From Batkoa obscura (Eukaryota): a DNA stretch of 64,000 nucleotides. The notes below the pieces were generated by a model. That model ran no database searches, was not told where the DNA came from, and worked only from the letters and a program-made list of their open reading frames with translations. Shown one piece after another: positions 26,538-39,903 of this stretch (positions are counted from its first letter, which is position 1; each line of letters opens with the position of its first letter). Position numbers and translations under genes: made by a program. Location of the stretch: positions 496,001 to 560,000 of the forward strand of contig JASVEC010000023.1 of the NCBI GenBank assembly GCA_030770535.1, given 5' to 3'.

Positions 26538-27903
26538 ATATGGAAATGTTTTTTACCTATTACCTTCATTAAGTGTTTTTTTAAAATCCAAATTAAACAA
26601 TACAACTGTTTAAGTTCAAATGTGTGCCGATAAATGATCAATTTTATAACCAACTATTTGTTCTATTATTCTGGTTTAAGACTTGTTAATTTAGTTTTTA
26701 TTTTAAAATGAATAGTTTAGCTACCATCATCCAAGCTTAAGCAATGGACTAGCTAATCAATTTCTAGATTTTAAATAGTAAAAATAGCAAAAAGATGATT
26801 GCTAAAAAACATCCTCCGTGTTATTTTTGAATTTTTTCAAAAAACATGTTTTTTTGTTGCAAAATTTGACCGATACTTTTAAAATTTTGAAATCTAAAAA
26901 TAAACAATAATTGAAAAGAACATTACCATACACTAACATAGATAAATTATTAATCCTTTATAAAGCTTCAAAGCCATTATGTTTCCCCTTTTTGTTATTA
27001 CCCTTGTCTTTGTTATTTTTTTAGTATTTCAGTATTCAAGTAAACCATTCTGCCTTTTGAATTCTGAAGGATTTTTAAAAAAACGCTTTAAGACAGCTTA
27101 ACCTAGATAGGTTCTCCTTTAAAAATAGCAACCTGGATTACTAGTATTAGATTATGTAATAGCATTGTTAATAAATTTTTAAGACATTCTACCTAAAAAG
27201 GTAACCTATTTTGTTATTACTAAAAAAATTTAAGATACTATCATTTTCAGCCAGTTTACTTCCTATATCCCTTTTGCCTTTTGTCTAATACGTATAATGA
27301 TTTATAAGAATAACAAACCATAGATAGTTTTATTACCAGTGCTTCTCAAAATGTCTGCAAAGCCTTTGATACCTTATTTTTTTTTCGGAGTATTTTTTTA
27401 AAGCACTTCAATATAGAACACTCTCAAGGCTTATAAGCTTAGAAGTGTAAAGGTGGGAAAAGTAGAGGGATATTAATTGTGAAAGAAGCAATGTATAGAA
27501 CTGATACGAGAAACTATGATGATATAATTCAAAAAGCTGGTTATTGATAAGTTTACTATTACTAAAAGCAAAAATCAATCCTTGTACTTAAAGACTTTTG
27601 CATCTTAGAGATAAAATTGGAATTTGTAAAGAGAGGTTTTTAGAGCTTTTGAGACATAATTGTATGACATATAAAAATATAAAAATATATAAATATATAA
27701 ATAATGACAACCCTTACATATTAATATTAGTATACTAAACGAAGTTAGTTTTAATATTGATAGTGATATATATTATGTGGAAAATCGTATTTGCTATTTA
27801 AAGAAATTTTATTTTTAAAAAGAGTTGTTTAATAAATTAAAAATTCTTAGTTTTAATGAAATGTTTAAATATTATTTATTTAATGTAATAGCAAATTTTG
27901 AAA

Positions 27904-29583
27904 TTAGGCTTTAGGTTCATATGGTAAAGTCCATTGCTTTAAAGAAGAGGTGGAGTCACAACGTCCTGGGTTAACGACACACCATAATGGTTGAGTAGCA
28001 TCAGCATTGATACCACGAGATACCATCTTGAAACGGAAGTTATTGAAACGTGGGACAACTGGTTTGGTACGTACGACCTTACCGCTGGCATCACGGTTAC
28101 CAGACCAAAGAACTTCAGCAGCAGCTGAAGTACGTGGCCAGGCAAAACGATCAAGATTGACTTCATCGACTTGTTCAGACCATACAGTTACTTCACCACC
28201 AGCTACTAATTTTTGTTGATCAGCATTAAGGTTCTTAAGAAGATCATAAGTATAAACCATTTGCCAGTGTTTGAAAGGATCACACCAAGAACCACCAGAT
28301 GGAGCATCACCTACCCAGGTACCACGACCACAGTCAAGATACCAGTATTGATAAGATGAAGCAACAACACGGTAACCACGTTCAATAACCTTCTTGGTAT
28401 CTTCAGCACCCAACCAAACTTGAACTAAAGAATCTTTTGGTAAAGTAACATTATGTTGTAAAACAATTTCTTCCCATACCATGATAGATTTCTTGTTTTC
28501 AATTGCACGTTTGTGCATACCTTCAGCGAATACATTGAGAAGACTTTCTAAAGTAACCTTGTTGTCTCTAACATAGTTACGAATCTTTTCAGAAGTATTC
28601 CAGCATTTATAATTGACTTCATCACCTGATAAATGTAAATATTTATCTTTGAATACCTTAGAGAATTCATCAATAAGATCATTAACAATAGCAACAGATT
28701 TAGGATTAGTTGGATCAATTTGACCAGATACTGGTTGGGCAGCTACAACATCCCATTCTAAGTCATCCATACATACAGCAACTTCAGGATAAGCTTTACC
28801 AATAGCATATGAGTGAGCTGGGGCTTCTAATTCTGGGATAATACGTACACCACGATCTAAACCATATTCGATAAGTTCTGCAATTTCAGCAAATGAATAA
28901 GTTTGATCTGGGAAAATAGCTCCAGTTTGCCATAATTTTGGATGTTTCTCTGATTTAAATGGCCAAGAGTGGGAATCAGTTAAATGCCAGTGTAATACAT
29001 TCATTTTGTTATAAGAGAGAGCATCAATGGTACGTTTGATATCCTTGATTGGGAAAAAGTTACGACTGCTATCTAATAATAAACCACGGTGAGAAAATTT
29101 AGGAGCATCTTCAATAGTTAATGGAGTGTGGGTAACGAAATGTAAACCATGATTTTTGTTCCATTCTACTAATTGAGTAAAGGATTCCAAACCACGGATG
29201 GCACCATAAACAGTTTGAGCATTAATAGAGGCACCTTTATCATTAATAGTTAAAGTATATTGTTCATCAGTCTTGTCATCGTACTCATTGTTAGTATCCT
29301 TTACATTGACTTTAAGTTCACTGATAGATGGAAGAGCACGGGAATCTAAGCTACCACGGAAAGTTGGTACAACTGGGACCCATTTTTCAGTGATAACCAA
29401 ATTTTGATAACGACCAATGACACGATTTAATCTGTCACAACTGGTGTTGGCGGTGATTTTAAAGTTATCACCAACAATTAAGGTTGAGTTGCCGGCGGTA
29501 TACTTTGCGACTTTTGGCCAGATAGCATCGGGATGAGCTACGACTAAAGATAATAATGAAGTAATTAAAATAGAAACTTTCAT
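27904..29583 (-). CDS. Secreted beta-N-acetylhexosaminidase (GH20)
   Basis: Signal peptide; HRGLLLDSSRNF, NVLHWHLTDSHSWP, catalytic HLSGDEV, YLDCG, GGEVTVWSEQ, WPRTSAAAEVLW; strong codon bias. Confidence 0.97.
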   Translation of the reverse strand: MKVSILITSLLSLVVAHPDAIWPKVAKYTAGNSTLIVGDNFKITANTSCDRLNRVIGRYQNLVITEKWVPVVPTFRGSLDSRALPSISELKVNVKDTNNEYDDKTDEQYTLTINDKGASINAQTVYGAIRGLESFTQLVEWNKNHGLHFVTHTPLTIEDAPKFSHRGLLLDSSRNFFPIKDIKRTIDALSYNKMNVLHWHLTDSHSWPFKSEKHPKLWQTGAIFPDQTYSFAEIAELIEYGLDRGVRIIPELEAPAHSYAIGKAYPEVAVCMDDLEWDVVAAQPVSGQIDPTNPKSVAIVNDLIDEFSKVFKDKYLHLSGDEVNYKCWNTSEKIRNYVRDNKVTLESLLNVFAEGMHKRAIENKKSIMVWEEIVLQHNVTLPKDSLVQVWLGAEDTKKVIERGYRVVASSYQYWYLDCGRGTWVGDAPSGGSWCDPFKHWQMVYTYDLLKNLNADQQKLVAGGEVTVWSEQVDEVNLDRFAWPRTSAAAEVLWSGNRDASGKVVRTKPVVPRFNNFRFKMVSRGINADATQPLWCVVNPGRCDSTSSLKQWTLPYEPKA

Positions 29584-31495
29584 CTTAAATAAAAAAAGAT
29601 AATTTTTTAATTTCTTCAGCCTTTCTATTTATATCAGTTCTTCAAAAATTAACATCAAATAAATTATATTAATATAAGGTGGCAGATTCCTTAATTTGGT
29701 AATATAATAAGTAAACTTTTTACTGAACCGAAATTTAAGTTTTATTCACCTTATTTTATTGGCTGTAAGGTTCTAACGTGATCACTTGATTAAACCTCAT
29801 CATAAAAATAGCTAGGACCAATAAATTTCTCGCCTTTATATTAAATACAAATTAAAAAATGAACCAAAAGTTATGAATATAAGTATTATTACTCCCTTGA
29901 TATATGCTCAACAACATATATAAAAACATTAAGTTACCTATTTAGATCATATTAGGATATTGATTCTGCAAAATATTTACGCTCACCAAGTAGTTAAGTA
30001 AAAATATACCAGTGTTGCATATAGTAGTTAATGTGTATTAAAGCATTAATTAAATAAAAATTTGAAACATTTTCTGGTTTTGGTTTAATGCTATTTTTCT
30101 GATGATAATTTATTCTTTAACTAAGCTTTGTATAAAAAGTAACTTGACTATTTTTATTAAATTTAAGTTAAAAATGACTATAAAATATTATTATTCATAA
30201 AAGATAGAAGAACTTTAAACTTATTATAATGACACAAATTTAATTAAACATTAATGCTTATTCATTATAGAATGTATTTTATCTTACAATTACATTTGTA
30301 TTTAACTTTAAGTAACCTACAATTTTAAAAGCCTTTAGTACTTAATAAATGAAATTAGATAGTATTAACTTAGACTTCCCAATTGACTTTTCAAAAATGA
30401 ATACAAAATTTTAAATGTCAAAGCCTGACAAAATTTATCTACCGTTATTTCACAACCATATTATGGTCTACCTGTTTTTAGCTTGGGTTCTATACAAAAT
30501 AAAATACTTGCTCCATTGGCTAAGTTTTAATCCCGTGCTCAAACTCAAATTCTTAACCATAGATAAAATAAAAAGACTATCAATAGTAAATTTTCTAATA
30601 ATAGGTTTGATAATTTTATAAGTTATAGTGTAATATTACTAATTAAATTATATACTGTTTAGTATAATTGTACTTCTAGGTGTAATATGGCATCTTGAGG
30701 GATGGGATCCGTCATATTTAAATAACCCATACTAGAGGATATTTAATAGAAAAGCGTGAGTTCTATATTAGAAATGTCTCCTTACTTCCATACCTCATTT
30801 GCTTAAGCAGTTTATATTTCAAAAAAATTCTTAAAAAATTCTTAATAAAATCACATTATCCTGCATTGCAAATTTTACACCAACTTTGCAATATTAAAAG
30901 TGCTTTCGTAAATAGCAACTTATATATCGTACACTTCTATTGAATATTTACTAAAAATAAATGTTGTTATTATAAGTTATCCTTTGTTTATATAAGTATA
31001 ATATAACATATATATACTATAATGAAAACACCAAACTTAATCCAAGTTACCGTTTTGAAAAATCTATACATTAATCTTTTACCGATTATTGATCTTTGAT
31101 TTTGTTATATACCATTTACTTGGTTTTTATAATATTTATTTTATTAAGTTATTAGGTTTTATGAAGAGCATCGGATTCTTATCACACGAATTTAATAGCT
31201 TATAACTGAATATAATTATAAAAAAGGTATAAGAATTTTAAACTTCTAACAATAATTGAGATATAGTATTAGTAAATAATAAGCTGGTTTTTTTTTAAAA
31301 TGTTTACGATATTAATTTAATTGTTATTTTATTAAATAAAATAATGAACTGGTTAAAATGTTAGCATTATAGCTTAGTTATCTAATAAAATAAAATAGAA
31401 TAAATATAAATAAATTTACCCAAAAATAAATAACTTAATTACATAGATCATTTACAATTAATATAAACTAATTTAACTATAACAAAATTCTATAA

Positions 31496-32726
31496 TTATT
31501 TATTGGCTCTAAGTGATTGTTCCCAATAGGTTTCAAATCGTCTATAAATTGCCATAGTAGCTTGTGCATCTTCAACCTATAAAATAAATAAATAAAAAAA
31601 TTTAATCAATGCTTATGAAAGTTACTGAGGAATGAGAAGCGCCTTGGATATCGATACCTAATAAGTTAGTGCATAATTTCTTTAAAGAAGGTGCCTTATT
31701 ATTATTTATTTGCTTTAAAGGATAGTATTTAGCAGTATCTCTAATATTTCTTTCTGGATGCTGAATTTTTAATGCTTTTAGATCATTTTTTATACTATGT
31801 CCAACTAATATTCTGTTTTTTAATAATTCTAATACTTTAATTTGTACTTCTTCAAAACTCGGAGCATCTTTCAAATGTTTAGGTAAAATCCCAGATACCC
31901 AAGTACGAAAATCAGTTACTATTTTATCGACTTTTACATGCGTATCATAAATTACTATCCCATAATAATTTACTATTGATACACGTGCCAATGCACTTTC
32001 ACTTGCATTTACGCCTACTCCTACCATTTCACAGTCTATAGCTAATATTTTACCTATTCTAACAAAATAAATCTTATTTTCTAATTATATTTATGTAATT
32101 TACTTAGTCACTAAACTAATATTGGCTTTGAATTCTCCTAATAATAGTTTTTTTAAATGATCGCTGATGTCTTCACCCGATTTCAAACTACTAATGCTTA
32201 ATTACTAAATAATTTAAAATTATGTTTTATAACTTACCTTTCATCTTGTTTTACGATTTCCAGTTTATTACTTTCTTTGAGCAAAGTTATATTTTATGAT
32301 CAATTATATAAAAAATAAAATTATACTTACTTTGTTCCGTTTCTTTTATTACTTTGCTTTTTACAATTTTAGTTTTATCTTCAATTTGAATTTTATTATT
32401 GATCTTTATTTTGTTCTTCGTTATTTCTTCTTTTACCCCGACATCTTTAATATTCTTGTTCTTTTTTAATCGTATACTTTCTTTTTGTACTTTAACACTC
32501 TTAACACTTTCTTTATCTTCAGCATTTTCATTCTTTTTCCTTTTAGCTACCTTTTCTTTCCCAAGCAATTCCTAATCCTGTATTAACATATTTCTTTCTT
32601 AATCCTAACAATCGTGTGCTTACTTTTTTCAGGTTTTCCCAATTACCACTCCCTTTCTTACTTTTGTTTTTAGTGCTCTTATTTAATGTATTAGTTGAAT
32701 TAATTTAATGTATATTGTTTTACCAT
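31496..32726 (-). CDS. REX4: RNA exonuclease 4 (DEDDh), multi-exon
   Basis: LAIDCEMVGVG, LARVSIVN, VTDFRTWVSGI, LVGHSIKNDL, PSLKKL, HSS/VEDAQATMAIY; N-terminal GNWENLKK; about 5 short introns; start inferred. Confidence 0.9.
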
Positions 32727-32988
32727 TCTATTTAAACTAAAAAAGTTGAAAGATAAAAATAAATTTTTGATTTAGATTAGAAAAATAGAAATTCATAATT
32801 GGCTTATTAATTGAATATTTTATTATTTTACAAATTAAACATAATACTGAGAATAATAATTGATAGTTAAATTAACAAAAAATTATTTATTGCTTTAAAA
32901 AAGTCATATCTCTCATTCTAAACAAACACCTCAATTGTAATTAAAGAGCAATTTATTAAAATTTATAAATATATAATAATCAAAAAAT

Positions 32989-33564
32989 TCAAGAGGGCAA
33001 GCATGCATTTTGGCAATCTAACATAGATTCGAAAGCTCTACAGCCGTCAGAGCACCCACCAAAAGTAGTCGAAACACAAGAATTAGTTACAGGATCGAAA
33101 TGGAAAGAAGGTATGCTCATACGGCATGTCCCCATTTTACTTTGAACGAAACATGTGATCGGAAGATGCTTATATTTATCTTGACCTAGTCGGTCAGCAG
33201 TAACAGTACACTTTAATTGACTAAACCCATCAAAAGGATCAATGATATCATCTTTTGGCTTTGAAGTACACGCTGAATTACATTCTTCTACAGTATTAAA
33301 TGCTTGACAGCCATCATCACAACCCCCGTATACTCCTGATATACATTGATTGCTTTTTGGATCATAATGATAGCTTTTAAAGTAAGCAAAACATTTTCCA
33401 GTTACAGTAGGTGTATAACATCTTAAGTTTTGTTTCTGCTGCTCCTTATTTAAACTTCCGCTATATTTTGGTATACATCCAGTTTGACTAAATGGGTCCT
33501 TTTGGCTATAAACTTCTCCCAATAAGTTAAGGTTAAAGCATAAAAGTACTATTAAGAAATTCAT
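32989..33564 (-). CDS. Secreted 2-domain Kunitz-type inhibitor (8-Cys variant)
   Basis: Signal peptide; GKCFAYFKSYHYD..GGCDDGC and GTCRMSIPSFHFD..GGCSDGC; P1 = F, R. Confidence 0.9.
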   Translation of the reverse strand: MNFLIVLLCFNLNLLGEVYSQKDPFSQTGCIPKYSGSLNKEQQKQNLRCYTPTVTGKCFAYFKSYHYDPKSNQCISGVYGGCDDGCQAFNTVEECNSACTSKPKDDIIDPFDGFSQLKCTVTADRLGQDKYKHLPITCFVQSKMGTCRMSIPSFHFDPVTNSCVSTTFGGCSDGCRAFESMLDCQNACLPS

Positions 33565-34090
33565 TTCGATATAATGTTAATCTACGTTTTTTATTTTATG
33601 TTTTGATATTATTGTATTTTTATATTACTTTTAATTCCTCCCAGCAATTGCTATTTTTTTATTATAATTGACATGTGTTTTTTTGATTAAGTTGAATTTT
33701 TGCCTATTTTTATTTAACTCAAAAAAGCTCTATCCTTTCATTATTCTTAGATTTTCTTTATTTTAGTAAGAGATCAGACATATCAAAGTAAAATAGCTTT
33801 ATTTATTTTATCATTTATTTATTTATTCAAAAAGTCTATTTAAATAGATGTGGCTAAAGAAATATGATATACTAAATCAATTTGACATTCATAAAAATAG
33901 AATTTTATCATTAAAATGGGGTGGTATATAATTATGATAAATTTATTTAGACAAAACTTCAACTAAAGATCAACATAAAATGCTGTAGATTGAAAATTGA
34001 GATCAGCTAGCAAAAATAAAAACTCTCCCTTTTAAAAGCAAGTTGATGTTTTCTATTGTTTACTATAGCTGAGCTATAAACACTTATATT

Positions 34091-34918
34091 ATGAAATTTT
34101 TATCTACAATCGCAAGCGTCTTAACTATATTAAGTCTATCTGGGATAGCCTTTGCTGAAGATTCTGATTCCAATGCTAGTGGGAATAACACATTAAGTGA
34201 TCCACAACCTGGACTTGATTATGCAGTATTTGATACTGGAGTCGAGCTGAAACAGGGTAAATCTCGTGGTCCAGTTATCTGGTATTTAGGTTATTTGTTT
34301 TACAAAAATCATTTTGGCAAATGTAAATTTGGAAGAGAGGGATGTTGTTATGGAAAAGATACCAATGGATGCTGTCTCGGAGGTGGAAATAACCAATGTC
34401 CACCATGCCAAGGCCTTAATTGTCCAATACCTTGCTTGACTGGCAGAGAACCTGGTTGTCCTCCTCCTATATGCCCAGGGCCTAATTGTCCATACCCATG
34501 TCCAGGACCTAATTGTCCATATATCTGCCCTGGCCCATTATGTCCAAAATTATGTCCAGGTCCAAGATGTCCAATTGTTTGTCCAGGTCCAAATTGTCCA
34601 GTGCCATGTCCAGGGCCCTTATGCCCAGTTCCATGCTATGGACCAAATTGTGGAAATATTATTTGCCCTCCACAGGTATGTAATATTGGATTTAACGGAA
34701 GACCCATTATCTTTAATGTTAATATTAATCAAAATATTATCATTAATAACAATAGTAAAGGGAAATGTATAATCATTTATGAAGGACTTAAGCCAATTAA
34801 AATCTGTGGACCTGATGATTGCTTACGTTGTGACCGTTTACCAAATAATCAATACCAAGTCAAGATTTTAAAGCCTACCGATGACAGATTATCAATTACT
34901 CCATTAGATCAACAATAA
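34091..34918 (+). CDS. Secreted Cys/Pro/Gly-rich (CPGP-repeat) protein of unknown function
   Basis: Signal peptide MKFLSTIASVLTILSLSGIAFA; CCYGKDTNGCCLGG; 9-aa CPGPxCPxx repeats; RPIIFNVNINQNIII; paralogs in window. Confidence 0.9.
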   Translation: MKFLSTIASVLTILSLSGIAFAEDSDSNASGNNTLSDPQPGLDYAVFDTGVELKQGKSRGPVIWYLGYLFYKNHFGKCKFGREGCCYGKDTNGCCLGGGNNQCPPCQGLNCPIPCLTGREPGCPPPICPGPNCPYPCPGPNCPYICPGPLCPKLCPGPRCPIVCPGPNCPVPCPGPLCPVPCYGPNCGNIICPPQVCNIGFNGRPIIFNVNINQNIIINNNSKGKCIIIYEGLKPIKICGPDDCLRCDRLPNNQYQVKILKPTDDRLSITPLDQQ

Positions 34919-35560
34919 AATAAGTGATTTTTCAATTTAAACTTTTAATAATAATTTAAATTGCACCTAAATTTTAATAGTTTTAATAATTCTAATGATT
35001 AACGATTTATTTCAATGATATAATTTTAGTTTATTTATTTTTATAAAACAAGTGTAAAATATAACAAGCCAACTAAATAAATATGATGAAAAAGTCTCAA
35101 AAAAAACAATTAGTTATTTTTGCTATCCTATTTATTCGAATTATGAAACAATAATATCACTATCAGTTGAATCATTGATTCGTATTTGATATTGACTTAG
35201 AGTCTTTTGAAGTCCAACATTTCCACTTGGTCCACAAATTTTCTAAGTTGCATCATCTCAAGAAGAATAGAATAAATAAAATCTCACTTATCTGCTGGGT
35301 AAAAAATGTTTTTTCTGATATCAATATTGAAAATAATTGGTCTATATGGGTAACCAGCATTTCAAATTTGAGGTGAATAAACATGAGTTCCACAATTTGG
35401 TCCAGAGCATGGTACTAGACAATTTAGGCCTGAGGAACGAATATGACGTTTTGGACCTGGACATAGTTCCAAGTATAATGGTCGTAGGTAAATATAAGGA
35501 CATCTGGGGCCAGAACATAGGTATGGGCATTTTGAATCCGAGCATAAAAGAAGAAGATGT

Positions 35561-35658
35561 GGGGATGTTTTTTTTAATTTCATTACTTCTTCGTTTTTTA
35601 AGCGCTATTTGAGTGGAAAGATTGTTACCAAAATTCTTAAACAAAAAAATACATCCTC
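35561..35658 (+). mobile_element. MITE family copy inside CPGP pseudogene
   Basis: Flanks ATGT/ATAT. Confidence 0.9.
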
Positions 35659-35901
35659 ATATCTAATTCCCATACCAGTTAAGCAGCGTATTGTACAATT
35701 TGGCCCTGATCATAAAGGACAGTTGCCATCAACTCAATTCCATGAATACAATATCCATTGTTATCCATTCTATGGTAGTAGTTGGAAGTTGAGGATCTAG
35801 GCGCTAGATTATATTGCTTAAAGAGTTTATATGATAGAGCGCTAATAACATAAAGTTCATGACCAATATTAGATCTTCTTGGTGTCTCAAAGCCAGCATA
35901 T

Positions 35902-35998
35902 GGGATAGTTTTTTTACTCAAGAATTTTACTAATGGCCTTTCACTCAAATAGTACTTAAAAAATAGAAAAAAGCAGTAAAATCAAAAAAATACTTCCC
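35902..35998 (-). mobile_element. MITE family copy inside CPGP pseudogene
   Basis: TSD ATAT/ATAT; removal restores the host reading frame. Confidence 0.9.
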
Positions 35999-37823
35999 AT
36001 ATTCTATTGTGTTCACCATCATTGTCGTATTGTTATTCACATTACTATTACTTTTAAAATCATCTAAAATATCATTTATCAGGCTACTTTGAGCAAATAA
36101 ATTACTATATATTAATAGCATACTAATCAAAATCACTAAAGTGTAACTTGATTTCATTTTTTGAGACTACCTTATATATGATTTTTTTAAGTTTCAAGCA
36201 CAAGCTTTGTAATATGAGAATATAGCTATTCTGTATTATCTAAAAAAATTTCAAAGCCTTCTTGGATTCCTCTTTAAGCATGTTGTTGTCTTCTTTTTGA
36301 GAAAAATATAATGTTGGTCCTACATTTGGTTATTAAGTATATAAATAAAATAAAAATGGGTAGGATTTAGCTATATCGTTATTGGTAAATTATTTCCATA
36401 TATTTTAAGACTTGACAAGTAATTTTGAAAATCTAAAATGGTAGTTTAATATTTCATTTAACTTAGCTTCCATGTTTTTATACTCTTTTTAGAGTAGTTG
36501 CTTATTTTATATCATGTCCTCACGTATAACGTTTATTATACTTCCATGATTACTGAGGCCACTTTATTTCCTTTAATAGTCCCAGATACAGCTTTTCCCT
36601 TGATTTGACCGTATTCAAACTAATTTCAGGACTCATTTGGCCTTAATGCGTTGCTATAGTTATGTAATTTTTTATCCCATCATTTTTCACGGTTTGCCAA
36701 TTTAAAAATTTGAATAAATTTTTATTAGTATTCTGGACTCTTAACTATAATTGGTGCTTTCATGTCTGTCATCATTTTAGTAAATCATTAGTCCTAAGTA
36801 ATTTGAAAAGATTAACTTGTTTATAACTTAATTTCTCAAAGCTCTCTGTATTACATTAGTATGACTGTAGAAATTTGAAATCTTCGACAGTTCAAGAAAC
36901 AAAAGCAAAATAACAATATTATAATATGGTTATTTTAATCATTTGTTTACTTTATATCTGATTTTATTTGACAATAGCTATCTTTATTACTAATTTTGGT
37001 TGATGGATAATGTAATTCACGACCCAGAATCTAGCTATAAACTTACTTAATTGATCCGTTTCTGGGTTTAGCTCTTAATTATAGCCATAAAGCATACTCT
37101 CTTTTTTAGGTAAAGCTTTGATGACACCTTCAGGATGGATATTTGGATACCTGGCAAAACCTTATATCCTTTTTTAAATTCCACCCGTTTTCACACAAAA
37201 TAATTTTTTATAAATGTCATACACAAATTGATGTTCCAGCTTAAATGCTTTATTCATAAACAATTTTTATCTAACTTGTTTAACATAGAAAATTAAACAG
37301 TGACTTATCGCCATAAAGTTTATAATAACCAAACAAGGTATCTTCTATTCTAACACGATTTAAAGCAGAACCAGGTTGAATTAGTTCAACATTTTTCAAT
37401 TTAAGCATCTCCATCTGAAGCAGCAGCAGCTTGTTTAACCAATGAGGCTTCCACTCAGCAAATTAATTAAACAGAAGGAACAAGAATAATGGCCTAAGTC
37501 TAATGTATTAAATAAATTATATGCCATAATCAGAGAGCGGGTTTGCAATAAAGTAACTTTCAATTCTTAGATGTTAGATGTTTTTGTGGAACAGTATTTT
37601 TTAAGTTTAACGCTCTATAAGTAGTGGATTAGCTTAATAAATTAATCATATTAGGATAAAGGCAATCTAATCAAAAAATGCCTCAAAAGGTTTGTATAAA
37701 TGTTGTAGCACTTTACTATTGAGTTAGTCATTTACTAATACTTTATATACAGTTTTTGTACTATACTAGTTGCCTAGCCATTTGTTTGTAATAGTTAGTA
37801 GTTCGTAATACCAAACATTATAT

Positions 37824-37921
37824 GGGAGTGTTTTTTTGACTTCATTATTTCTTCCATTTTTTAAGCACTATTTAAGCGGAAAATTTGTTAGTAAAATTCT
37901 TAAATACAAAAATACACCCCC
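37824..37921 (+). mobile_element. MITE family copy
   Basis: TSD ATAT/ATAT. Confidence 0.9.
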
Positions 37922-37995
37922 ATATGCTATATTATTAGTGCTAAAGTTAAAATGTAACAAATATGAAAAATACTAATATTGGCTACAAAGTTAAT

Positions 37996-38850
37996 TTATT
38001 GTGAAATAGAAATTCTGTTATCGGTTGGATCCATAATACGTACTTGGTATTGATTTTCTGGAGTTAAATAGCATTTGAGATTATCTCTTGGACCACAAAC
38101 TCTGTAATACCCGCCAAATTGGTTAGGAACTCTAATGCAAACGTAGTTTGGTTGGTCTCCATTAATAATAATATTTTGATTAATATTAATGTTGAAAATA
38201 ATTGGACGGTATGGGTAATTGATATTACAAATTTGAGGTGGGCAAATAACAGATCCACAATATGGTCCAAAGCATGGTTGTGGGCAATAAGGACCTGGGC
38301 ATGCTACTGGACAGTTTGGACCTGGGCAACGAATAGGGCAGTTAGGACCTGGGCAAACGTTGCCACAATATGGACCTGGACAAATATATGGGCAGTTAGG
38401 ACCTGGGCACTGGTATGGACAATATGGTCCTGGGCATGGATTCCTACATCCGGTCCATCCTGGTGGGCATTGGAAGCAGTTAGGATTTCCGGGTGGACAT
38501 GGCCATGGGCAATTTGGACCAGGACATGGATTACAATTACCAGAACCACCAATACAGCAGCCGTTAGAATCTACTCCATAACAGCAATTAGTGGTTGGAC
38601 ATTGTGGTTTTGGTGGTTGATGTTGTTTAAAGATATGGTTCAACAATAAAATGATTGGAATAATGGTACGTTCGGATTTTTTACCAATTTCACCTGGGGT
38701 TTCAAAGCTAGCAAATTCAGCTCCATTTATTACCATTGATCCGTTTTTTGGCATTTCATTATCTCCTCCCACTGAATCTTCTTGAGCAAACACGCTACTA
38801 GACATTAGTAGCATACTAATCAAAACTGTCAAAGCATAACTTAATTTCAT
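37996..38850 (-). CDS. Secreted Cys/Pro/Gly-rich (CPGP-repeat) protein of unknown function
   Basis: Signal peptide; CCYGVDSNGCCIGG; CPGPxCPxx repeats; CPPQICN; RPIIFNININQNIII; QYQVRIMDPTD. Confidence 0.9.
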   Translation of the reverse strand: MKLSYALTVLISMLLMSSSVFAQEDSVGGDNEMPKNGSMVINGAEFASFETPGEIGKKSERTIIPIILLLNHIFKQHQPPKPQCPTTNCCYGVDSNGCCIGGSGNCNPCPGPNCPWPCPPGNPNCFQCPPGWTGCRNPCPGPYCPYQCPGPNCPYICPGPYCGNVCPGPNCPIRCPGPNCPVACPGPYCPQPCFGPYCGSVICPPQICNINYPYRPIIFNININQNIIINGDQPNYVCIRVPNQFGGYYRVCGPRDNLKCYLTPENQYQVRIMDPTDNRISISQ

Positions 38851-39903
38851 CTTTTATAAAATACTCTTCACAGAAGAAATAATAATAACTATTAAGTACA
38901 AAAATGTCTCTTTTATATAAGCTTTGCCGTCAATCTTTTTAAGATGATCTTTAAATACTTGATTTTATAATTTGTTGATTATCAATTTTCTTTTCTATAT
39001 TTATTGAATATTAATTTACTAATTAAGTTGATCTTTTACTGTATCTCATTAATAGGATTTGTTCTGTTTGATCTAGTTGCCTTTTTTATTGCTTATTTAG
39101 CAGAGAATATTTTTCACATTTATTTTATTGATTGATAGTTTGAAATTAGTAAGTTAATAGAAAATTTAAACTCATCTCTATAAAAAAGCAAATCACTAGT
39201 TGTAACAGTGAGTATCATTTATCTCCAAAAGAATTTGAGCAATTTTTTTATGATGTTGTAGTTATTAACTATCATATTTTACTTACTCAAAGCTGTGAGA
39301 TTATTTTATAAATTTTAATAAGGCTGAGTAATTTATAGTTGAAGTCAAGCTCACAGTTAGCCTTTAACTAAGGTAGTGCTATGCAAAAGCTTTTCATCAT
39401 TTGATGGTATTTTAATAGTTTAGTAAAAGTTTTATCTTAGATGGTTTGACATCTAATTTTAACCATACAGTTCAGTTAAAAAATAATTAAACCAATTTAG
39501 CTAACTCGTTTGCTGTTTTTTCTCTGAGACAACTGAGATCGGTTGAAATGCTAAATATAAAATCGAATATTAAAAACAAAAATAGGATAGCCATTTTGTC
39601 TACATAATAAAGTGAATAAACGATTTTAATACTGATTCTATTTTGAATAAAAAGTTATGAAAATAACACTATTAAATATTTTAATGCACTTATTAAGCTA
39701 AAAAATAAAGTCAAGTAAATATAAAAGAATGAAAATTTATAAAAAGATAGAATTATTAAAAAGTTCCTCTATATTATTATGAAGCGTTATAGGATTAATT
39801 CAATGTATGGAATGAATAAAAATGTGGATTAATGCGAAATGTATTTATTCAATAGTGCCCCGATTCTCCTTTTAAAATAAATTTATTTTTATAACAACTG
39901 AAT

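Larger units (their letters stand above)
35141..36157 (-). pseudogene. CPGP-repeat family pseudogene disrupted by two MITE insertions
   Basis: Signal peptide MKSSYTLVILISMLL matches 37996 gene; IEY|AGFETP rejoined after MITE removal; CSGPRCPY, YPYRPIIFNI and QYQIRINDSTD fragments; stops and frameshifts. Confidence 0.88.

Noticed and set aside
34091..38850. CPGP proteins as true collagens/minicollagens or metallothioneins
   Set aside because: No Gly-X-Y tract, Cys spacing differs from the CxxxC minicollagen domain, and signal peptides argue against metallothionein; kept as analogy only
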